Notes under the pieces: generated by a model | What the model was told of the DNA's origin: nothing | Seen by the model: only the letters and a program-made list of their open reading frames with translations | Database searches by the model: none | NCBI GenBank assembly: GCA_964600165.1 | Contig: CAZRIP010000003.1 | Coordinates: 4,683-68,682 of the forward strand | From: an uncultured Elusimicrobia bacterium | GTDB lineage: Bacteria; Elusimicrobiota; Elusimicrobia; UBA1565; UBA9628 | Direction: 5' to 3' | DNA length: 64,000 nucleotides | Shown here: one piece after another, positions 30,920 through 40,100 of the stretch | Position numbering within the stretch: position 1 is the first letter of the stretch | How the letters are laid out: each line of letters opens with the position of its first letter | Program-made: the position numbers and the translations under genes

Positions 30920-31934
30920 GGCGCTCGCCGGCGCTCTGCTCGTCCTCGCGGCGACGCGCGGAGCGCGGGCCGAGGCGCCTCCGGACCCGCAGAAGCTCCT
31001 GTCCGCCGTCCTCGAGCCCTCCGCCGTGGCCTTCGAAGGGCGCATGATGGTCACGCATTGGTACGGAAAGCACCACAGCGAGGCGGAGGAAGTCCACGTC
31101 TACCATTTGCCGCCGAACCTGAGCCGGCGGGAGTTCACCGCGCCCGACGGCACGGTCACGAAGGTCGTCGTCAGCGACGGCGACCGCGAGGAAGTCCACC
31201 TCATCCGCCAGAAGAAGATCATCGAGGGCGACGCCGTCAAGTCGTTCGAGAAGCTCATGCCCGAGGACCGCGAGCTCGAGCTTTTGCTCAAGAACTACAA
31301 GCTCTCGGTGACGGGACCGGACCAGGTCGCCGGCCGCAAGGCCTGGGTCCTTCACATGGCGTCGGATCATCCCGGCAAGCCCTCGCAGGACTTCTGGGTC
31401 GATCAAGAGACGCACGCGATCCTCGAGAACCGCCGCTTTCTCCCGCACCGGCCCTTCGCCGCTTTGTCGCGCTACTCGCATTTCGAGACCAAGAAGACTC
31501 TCCCGGAAGATCTGTTCAAACTCGAGCTCTCGTCGAGCGCGATCCAGGGCAAGGGGCTCGAGCCCGATTTCATGAGCCTCGACGAGCTTTCCCAAACGAG
31601 CGGAAAGAAGGCGGCGTTCCCCGTGGCGCTCAACGACGGCTTCGTCTTCGAGAGCGCCGATTACTTGACGGTCGGCAAGCACACCGTCTTGCACGCGCGC
31701 TACACCGACGGGCTCGCCGTGATCTCGCTCTTTCAGACCGACCGTCCGGCGCGCAGCACGAGCAAGACGGACTCCCAGGTCGCCGCGCCGGCGTCCTCGG
31801 CCAAAGGCGCCGGGCAGCTGCGCCTGTCGGCCTCGGCGAAGGTCTTGAATTTCCGGCGCGGCCCGCGCTTTTACACGCTGATGGGCGACGTCTCGCGCGA
31901 GATGCTCCAAGAGATCGCCGCGCAAGTCAAGTAG
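30885..31934 (+). CDS. RseB/MucB-like anti-sigma-factor-binding periplasmic protein (LolA-like fold)
   Basis: Signal peptide. The N-terminal domain pattern FEGRMMVTHWYGK...EVHVYH...RREF.APDG fits RseB. Third gene of the sigma/anti-sigma cassette. Confidence 0.5.
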   Translation: MRMGRIKTPLNKALAGALLVLAATRGARAEAPPDPQKLLSAVLEPSAVAFEGRMMVTHWYGKHHSEAEEVHVYHLPPNLSRREFTAPDGTVTKVVVSDGDREEVHLIRQKKIIEGDAVKSFEKLMPEDRELELLLKNYKLSVTGPDQVAGRKAWVLHMASDHPGKPSQDFWVDQETHAILENRRFLPHRPFAALSRYSHFETKKTLPEDLFKLELSSSAIQGKGLEPDFMSLDELSQTSGKKAAFPVALNDGFVFESADYLTVGKHTVLHARYTDGLAVISLFQTDRPARSTSKTDSQVAAPASSAKGAGQLRLSASAKVLNFRRGPRFYTLMGDVSREMLQEIAAQVK

Positions 31935-32011
31935 CGGGTCCCCCACCGTCCACGCCGCTCTCCTTGAAAGCCCGCCGAGGGGCTGTTACACTTCCCGTGA
32001 TCGGCGCGGCC

Positions 32012-32635
32012 ATGGATGACATGCTCGAGCCTTCCGTAGGTGCGCCCGCCAAGCGTCGGCGGCGGACGGCGCTTTTGGCGGGCGCCGCGGCGTTGCTGCT
32101 GTCCGCGCCGCTCGGCATGGTGTTGCGCCGGCGAAAAGCCGCCGTGCCCGATCAAGACGAGGGCTTTAAGCCCATCGCCGAGATCAGCGGTCTCGCGCGC
32201 GACGCGACGCGCGTCCGGCTGGCGCAGCCCAAGCCCAAACCGGAGCTCGCGTCGACAATCTCGCTGCCCACTTTTTCCCCGCCGCCTCCTCGCGCGAGGA
32301 CGGAACCGGCCATGAAGAAAACACTCCCCGCTCCGAGAAGGCTGGCGGCGAAGACAAAGAAAAAACGCGCTCGTCCCGCGGCAGCCAAAACGCAGGCGAA
32401 AACCGCCGCGCCGCCGATCTTCGCGCGCTCGGAGGATTTCTTTGATCTGGATTTCCCGATGCCTGCTCGCGGCCCTGAAACCGCGGCCGCGCCGCTCAAG
32501 CAGCGCCCGCCATCGGCGCTCGAGCCCGTCGCCGTCCCGGACCCTCTCGAGCTGTCCGCGACCAAAGACGACGCGACCGCGCCGAGCCGCGCCGGATCGC
32601 CCGCCGTCATCGTCGAGCGCGTGCCGAGCAATTAG
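32012..32635 (+). CDS. Hypothetical single-pass membrane protein with a Pro/Ala/Lys-rich tail
   Basis: ATG at 32012 (MDDMLEPS...). TM helix TALLAGAAALLLSAPLGMVL. 207 aa. Forms the C-terminal part of a longer out-of-frame track ORF. Confidence 0.4.
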   Translation: MDDMLEPSVGAPAKRRRRTALLAGAAALLLSAPLGMVLRRRKAAVPDQDEGFKPIAEISGLARDATRVRLAQPKPKPELASTISLPTFSPPPPRARTEPAMKKTLPAPRRLAAKTKKKRARPAAAKTQAKTAAPPIFARSEDFFDLDFPMPARGPETAAAPLKQRPPSALEPVAVPDPLELSATKDDATAPSRAGSPAVIVERVPSN

Positions 32636-32649
32636 GTAGTATCGCTGCC

Positions 32650-34014
32650 GTGCTCGACGCGCTGATCGTCCTCGCCTACCTCGCCTGCGTCGTGTTCCTC
32701 GGCTTATGGGCCGCGCGCCGCGGGCACGATGGCCTTTCCGACTTCGTGCTCGCGGGGCGGCGCCTGACGCTGCCGCTGTTTGTCGCCACGCTCGTGCCGA
32801 GCTTCTACGGCGGCGTGCTCGGCGTCGGCGAGTTCACGTGGGAAAACGGCCTTTCCAATTGGCTCGTGATGGGCCTGCCTTATTACGTCTTCGCCGCGGT
32901 CTACGCCGTCGCGCTCGCGGGCCGCGTGCGCGCCGCCGAGGGGCTGACGATCCCCGATCACTTCGAGCGCGCCTATGGCCCGCGATTGGCCGCCTGGTCC
33001 GGACTGCTCGTCTTCCTGCTGGCCAATCCCGCCGACGAGCTGCTGATGATCGGGCTGCTGCTTTCGCGCGCGATCGGCGTGCCCGTGGCCGCGGCCATGG
33101 CGCTCGCCGGCGCGGCTTCTTTCGCGCTGCTGCGGCGCGGCGGGCTGCGCTCGGACGTCTGGGCCAACGCGCTCCAGTTCGTCGTGATGTTCGCGGGCTT
33201 CGCCGTCATCTTGCCGGGGGCTCTCTCGCGCGCGGGCGGATTGGGAGGCTTGAGCGCCGCGCTGCCGGCCGGCCACCTGTCTCTGAGGGGCGGCATGAGC
33301 GGATGGCGGATATTGAGCTGGTGGCTGATCGCCGTCTGGACGCTCGTCGACCCGTCTTTCCACCAGCGCTGCGCGTCCGCCGAGAGCGGCGCGACCGCGC
33401 GCGCCGGCATCTTGTGGTCGATCGCGTTCTGGTTTCTCTTCGACGCGATGACGACGACGGCGGGGCTGTGCTCGCGCGCGCTGATGCCGGGGCTGCGCGC
33501 CCCGCTGCTCGCCTACCCGTCGCTCGCCGACGCCCTGCTTCCGGCGGGGCTGCGAGGCCTCTTCTACGCGGCCCTGGCTTCCTCGATCCTCGCGGCGCTC
33601 CAGACCAAGACGCTCCTCGCCGGCGTGAGCCTGGGCAAGGACGCCGCCGCGCGGATACTTTCTCTGGGCGAGCGCGCGCAGCAGTCGCTCGCGCGGTGGG
33701 CGCTGCTCGCCGCGCTGGCGCTCGGCTGGGCGCTGGCGCTCTGGATCCCGTCGGTCGTCGATCTCTGGTACGCGGTCGGCACGACGATCATCCCCGCGCT
33801 GCTGCTGCCGCTGCTGGGGACGTATTTCCCCCGCATGCGGGTCTCCGCGCGGTTCGCCGCGCTCTCGTCGGCCGCGGGTCTCGCCCTTTCGGGCGGCTTC
33901 TGGCTCGCGGGACGTTTCCTCGGCGCCCCGCCGTGGGGCATCGAGCCGATGTTTCCCGGCTTGGCCGCGTCGGCGCTCGTCTGGGCGGTCGGCTTAAGTC
34001 GGGCTTTGGCGTAG
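32650..34014 (+). CDS. Sodium:solute symporter (SSS) family transporter
   Basis: 454 aa with ~12-13 TM helices. SSS-like N-terminal region. GTG start. Confidence 0.65.
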   Translation: MLDALIVLAYLACVVFLGLWAARRGHDGLSDFVLAGRRLTLPLFVATLVPSFYGGVLGVGEFTWENGLSNWLVMGLPYYVFAAVYAVALAGRVRAAEGLTIPDHFERAYGPRLAAWSGLLVFLLANPADELLMIGLLLSRAIGVPVAAAMALAGAASFALLRRGGLRSDVWANALQFVVMFAGFAVILPGALSRAGGLGGLSAALPAGHLSLRGGMSGWRILSWWLIAVWTLVDPSFHQRCASAESGATARAGILWSIAFWFLFDAMTTTAGLCSRALMPGLRAPLLAYPSLADALLPAGLRGLFYAALASSILAALQTKTLLAGVSLGKDAAARILSLGERAQQSLARWALLAALALGWALALWIPSVVDLWYAVGTTIIPALLLPLLGTYFPRMRVSARFAALSSAAGLALSGGFWLAGRFLGAPPWGIEPMFPGLAASALVWAVGLSRALA

Positions 34015-34124
34015 GCCGCTCGTCCCTTCCTTTATAGGACTATTGCCGCTGACAATGGGTCCCAATCGGACCTGAGTCGCGCGGACGTCATGTTATAAGC
34101 TTCTTCAACGGGAGAATTATCAAT

Positions 34125-37100
34125 ATGACCAAGCCACGCATCTCGACCAAGATCATCTCCGCCTCGCTGTCGACGGCGCTCGCGTTCCTTTCCTTCGCGC
34201 TGCCCGCGGCCCCGGCGCTCGGCGCCGAGCTGACCGCGGCGCCGACCATGGGCCTTCCGGCCGGCGGTTGGACGCCCGTCGTGGCCGGCCTCGCGACGCC
34301 CGCGAACCTCTCCCGGTTCTCGGGCGTCACGATGCAAGGCGTCGACGTCGCCGATCTTCTGACGCAAATCGGGCGCGTGAACTTAGCCGCTCCAGGCCAA
34401 TTCATTCCCGCGCAGGCTCTCGAAAAGCTCGCCGGTCTGCCGAAGAACGCCTCCGAGCGCGAGGTCGTGACGGCGCTGGCGCTCGCCGCCGCGCAGACGC
34501 GCGCCGACGCGACCGACGCGCTCGCGCAGCTGCGCTCGGGGGTCAAGGCCTCCGAGCTTCCGGCGCTCGCGGCTCGGCTCAACCGCGCCGACCTCGCCTT
34601 TACCCTGCTGACCTCCGAACAGCGCGCCGCGATCCCCGCCGCGTCGGCCGCCGTCTCGCGCGAAGTCGCGCAGACGCGCGGCGCGAACGCCGACCGCCTC
34701 GTGAAGATCGGCGTGACCGGCTGGAATAAGACGACGGACGCGACGGAAGTCTCCGGCTCCGAATCAACGACGCTCTCCCGGCTGTCTCCAGCGTCCGCCC
34801 AAGGCGAGAAGCGGACCGCCAACGCCATCGAGTATTCCCGCACCGTCGTCACGACGACGAAGACGACGACCAAGCTCGGCTGGAAGCAGGCGCTGCGCTA
34901 CGGCGCGCTGATCGCCGCCTTGCCCGTCGCCGTCTTCGCGCTGCCGCAGATGAGCCCGGTCGCGCTGATCGTCGCCGTCGGCGTGATGGGCTCGGTGGTC
35001 GCGCACGAGTACGCGCACCTCTTCATGCTCCGCCGGCTGGGCGACGACACGTCGACCAAGCAGAACGTCTCGGCCAACCCCTTCAAGCTCGTCGACCCCG
35101 TCGGCACCGTCGCCGTGCCGGTCATCACCTCGGCGCTCTCCGCGGCGTTAGGCGTCCCGGCGCTCTTCGGCTGGGCCAAGCCCGTGCCGGTCGACTTCAA
35201 CAAACTCGCCGACCCGCAGAAGGACGCGATGAAGGTCGCTCTCGCCGGGCCGGTCATGAACGCCGCTCTCGGCGCCGTCGCCTTCGGCGCCCTCGCGCTC
35301 TTCCACCCGGCCGGGGCCGCCGCGGCGTCGCTCTTGGCGCTCGGCAAGATCAACCTCGTGCTCGCCGTCTTCAACATGCTGCCGTTCTCGCCGCAGATGG
35401 ACGGCTTCAAGGTCGCCATCGGGATGCTGTCGCGCGAGCAGTACGCGAAATGGACCGAGAACAAGAGGCTGCCTGAAGCCTACCGCTCCACGTTCAACAA
35501 GCTCTTCGAGGGGCCGTCCGCGATCCTCAACTGGGTCGGCATGGACAGCCAGGGGCACGTCAACTTCGCCACGCGGGCGATCACCTTCGCCGCGTTCGGC
35601 GTCGTGGCCATCGCCGCGCACGCCTTCATCGGCGCGCCGTTCATCATCATGGCGCTCGTCTGCAGCTACGACTACTACTGCATCCGCGAGAAGATCCAAA
35701 ACGAGGAGGCGGTCAAGAAGCTGATCCCGATCATGCAGGGGATCGGCTCGGCGATCGCGCGCGTCGCGGAGGAAGACGAGTCCATCCAGTCGCAGATCAA
35801 CACGGAAGAGATCGAGCACGCGATGAAGAACGTGTTCGAGGACGTCCTCGATAAAGTCGTCGACTCGACGGGCTTCTCGAGCCTTTCGGACGATGAGAAG
35901 TGGTCGCGCTTCGAGGAGGCTTATCTCGACGCCGCCGTCGACTCGCTCTCGCGCAAGGGCATGTCGAAAGACTCCAAGGAAAAGATCCGCGAGACGCTGC
36001 GCCACCAATACGTGCGGGAGTACATCGACAAGCTGCGCGGCTGGGTGGAGGAGAACGACGTCTGGCGCAAGTGGCACAGCCCGAACCGCAAGAAGAAGAG
36101 CGGCATCAGCGAAGCGGTCAAGAAGAAGGCCGGCTCCCTCGGCTCCTCGGGCATGGCCGTCGTCGCGCTCGCGCTCGTGGGCGGCTCGATCCTCGCGCCG
36201 CACGGCGTCGGCGCGGCGCTGAGCCTGGCCGGCGCGGGGCTGATGATGGGCACGATCTCGGCCAAGAAGCCCAAGCCTTTCAAAGAAGCCCTCGAGGATT
36301 TGCGGCTCTCCGACAAGGAGCTCGCCGCGATGATCATGCTCCTGAAAGACATGACGCTCGACAACAAGCCGCCGCTGTCGGGCCGCATCGACGAGCTCTC
36401 GCGCGCGTATTCCGGCGTGACCGGACCGCGCGGCATCAAGGAGTCGGTCGCGCTCGTCGGCAAGCCCGGCACGGGCAAGACCGCGATCGTCGAGAAGCTC
36501 GCGCAGTCGGCCGTGATGGGACAGAGCCACGAGGGGACGCTTTCCCTTAAGAAGATGGAAGGCCGCTACGTCATCGAGGTCAACTCGACGCGCCTCATGC
36601 GCCAGGAAGACCCGGCCGGCACGCTCGAAGCCGTCATCGACATCCTCAACAAGCTCAACGAAGAAGACCCTCGCGCGGGCAACAAGGTGATCCTGTTCCT
36701 CGACGAGGCGCACGTCCTCTTCGACGGCGAGAAGGGCAAGCACGTCGCCAACACGTTGAAAAAGCCGGTCCGCGACGGCGCCGTCTCCATCATCCTCGCC
36801 ACGACGCTCGACGAGTACAAGAAGTACGTCGAGCCCGACGAAGCCCTCAAACGCCGCTTCCCGGCGATCTTCGTCGACGAGTCGACGACCGAGGAGACGC
36901 TGCGCGCGCTGGAAAACGCGAGCGCGTGGTACGAGAAGCGCTTCGGCGTGAAGGTCGACCCTTCCGCGCTCAAGGCCGCCGCCGAGTTGGCGCCCAAGTT
37001 CAACCACGAGGAGTATCTGCCCGGCAGCGCGTTCACCTACTTCGAGAACGCGGTCAAGTGGGCCGACTTCGACCTGCGCCGCGACTTGGTCGCGCTGTCG

Positions 37101-40100
37101 ATCGCGGATAAGATCAGCGATCTCCAGTACGCGATGAAGAAGCTCAAGGAGAACCTCCAGAAGACCGACCGGGTCACGGAGAATCTCAAGAAAGACGAGC
37201 CGACGACCGTCGGGTACTACAATCTCGCGATCAAGCTCAGCCAAGAGCTCGTCGAACTCTACAAGGAGCAGGCCGCGATCCCGGCCGAGGGCAAGCCCGT
37301 CGTCGACGGCGAGCTCGTCGGCATGGCGATCTCGCGCGAGACCGGCATCAAGTCCGGCCAGCTCACGCTCGGCAGCGAGCCGATAGAGAAATACCTCAAG
37401 ATGGAAGAAGAGGTCGGCAAGAAGGTCATCGGCCAGCCGGACGCGATCGCCGCGATCGCGCGCTCGGTGCGCCAGAACAAGGCCGGCCTCTCCGATCCCA
37501 AGCGGCCGCTCGGCGTCTATTATCTGACCGGCCCGACGGGCTCGGGCAAGACGCACCTCGCCAAGGAGCTCGCCCGCTTCCTCTTCGATGATCCGGAAGC
37601 CGTCGTGCGCGTCGACATGTCGGAGTACATGGAGAGCCACTCGGTCTCGAAGTTCATCGGCTCGCCCCCCGGCTACGTGGGCTTCGAGTCCGGCGGCCAG
37701 CTGACGGAGGCCGTCCGCAAGAAGCCGTACTCGGTCGTGCTCTTCGACGAGATCGAGAAGGCGCACCCGCAGGTCTGGCTGATGATGCTCCAGATCCTGG
37801 GCGAAGGGCGCCTGACCGACGGCCAGGGCAAGACGACGAGCTTCAAGAACACGATCATCCTCATGACGTCGAACCTCGGCATGCACGCCGTCGACGTCGA
37901 GCCTTACGTGAAGGCTTTCGAGGAGCTGCGCGCCAAGGAGCGGGCCGCCGCGGGCGACCGTATCGCCCTGCGCGAGCTCGAGCAGGAGAAATTAGAGCTC
38001 GCCGAGCGGCTCTCCGCGGAGACCAAGGCCGCGACGTCGGTGATCACGGCCCAGGCTTTCAAGGAGACTTACCCGCCGGAGTTCGAGGGCCGCTTATCGG
38101 CGCCTCCGATCGTCTTCAACCGCATCACGCCGGCGATGGCGCTGCAGATCGCGGAGTTGAATCTCAAGGAGCTGCGCGGCGTGCTCGGCTACGCCGGCCA
38201 CGAGTTCGCCTGGACGCCCGGCGTCGTCAAGAAGGTCGTCGACGAGGGCTTCTCGGTGCGGCTGGGCGCGCGCCCGCTGCAAAACGCCATCGACCGCCTG
38301 ATCACGCAGAACATCGCCACGGAGATCCTCCACACGGCGATGCGGAACGGCGGCAAAGTCGAGCCCTCGCGCATCGAGGCCGTGCTCGGCGAGGACGGCG
38401 AGGTCAAGCTCAACATCAAGTCGCTGCCTCCGAAGCAGGTCAAGAAGGGCGAGGCCCAGGGCGCGGCCAAGGAGCTCTTCACGACGGTGCTCGAGCAGAC
38501 GCTGACGGCGGCGGCCGACACCGCCGTGCCGGCGCCGACGCTCCAGATCATCGACGAGTGGGTCAAGGCCGCGCTCGCCGCCAACCCCGAGCAAACCTCG
38601 GTCGCTGACGCGGCTCAGCCCGAGACGGCGCAGCCTGCCGCTCCCGCGGACGAGGAGCAAGTCGCGCGCCCCGCGCCCGTCCAGGCTCCCGTCAGGCCCG
38701 GACTCCTGACGCTTGACGCGGCTTCGCCGCTCTCGGCGCAGGCGCGCAGCGTGGCCGCCGCCAACAACGACCCCGAGCTCAAGGACCCGGGCGTCCGACA
38801 GGCCGCCGCCGCGATCAAGGAAGCCATGGCCGGCTATCCCGAAGCCGCGCGCGAGGCCGTCCTGCGCACGATCGAAGATCAGAACGACCCCTACGTCGGC
38901 TGGCTCAAGATCTTCGTAGAGCAAGCCAAGCGCAACGGCGGAGGCAATCCGACCATCAAGTACGAGGTCAACGACGAAACGGCCCGCGTCGCCGTAGCTC
39001 GCACCGGCGCGCTGTCGAGCCGCGAGAAGGACTTGCTGACCCGGCACTTCACCGGCCTCGCGCCGTTGGACGCCTCGCAGGCGCGCACCCGCGTCGAGAC
39101 CTGGAACGTCCAGGACAGCGGCTCGGGCATGCGGCTGATGCTCGACCTCCATCGCATCCTCGCGAAGATCCCCGGCGCCAAGCTCGGCGTCGAGGTGGCG
39201 GGCGGCGGCGTCGAGTACTGGATCGAGATCCCGAAGCCCCAGACGCCCGCGGCGCCCGCGGCCGAACCGACTCCTCCGACCTCGGCGGAAGCGGCGCCTC
39301 CGGCGACGCAGCCGGCGGCCCCGCGCCCGCTCGTGGCGGCGGCCGAGGGCGCTCCCCAGTTCAACGAGGCGGGGAACGCCACGCCGCTCGCGGTGGCTAA
39401 GCGCGGGCTCTCGGACGATTCCATCAAGACCCACGCGACCCGCATCCGGAACGCGATGGCAGAGAAATCGTACGGCGGCGAGGCCAAAGGCGCCGCGGTG
39501 CTCTTTCTCGCTCGGGCCGCGGACTTCATGAAGTCCAACGCCGCCACAGGCGAAGGCGTCACCCTGATGTGGAGCGTCGACGAAAACGGCGCGCAGGTCC
39601 TGATCCACCGCGCGGGCCATCCTCTCAACGACGCCGAGATCGCGCGTCTCAACATCCTCATCGACAGCAGCACGGAGCTGAAGGCAAAGCTCGAAGCTGC
39701 GGGGGGTCGAGTGTTTTATGGCTCGGAAGAATTCTCGCAAGGGGGCAACGGCGCCTCCGTGTGGATCCAGCTCCCTCATCAAGCGCCGGCCGGCCAGGCC
39801 GACGGCAGCGCGGCGACGCCGCTCTCTTCCACGCAGGAAGGGACCGACGTCGCCGCGCTGCTGGCCAAGATCCACACGCCCTCGGAAGCCGGCAGCGATC
39901 CGCGGATCATGTGGGTCGCCTTCAGCGGAAGCGAAGAGGACGCGCTCGGGCAGCTCGAGGCGCGCGGCTTCGAGGTCCCGCTCGTGCGCCACGAGGACGG
40001 CTTCAAGCGCGCCCGGCTCATCGCTCCGACGGCCCAGGCCGCGGCGCGCGCCGCGCTGATGCTCGCCGTGAACCCGGATGTCCGGGAGATCGACCTGCAT

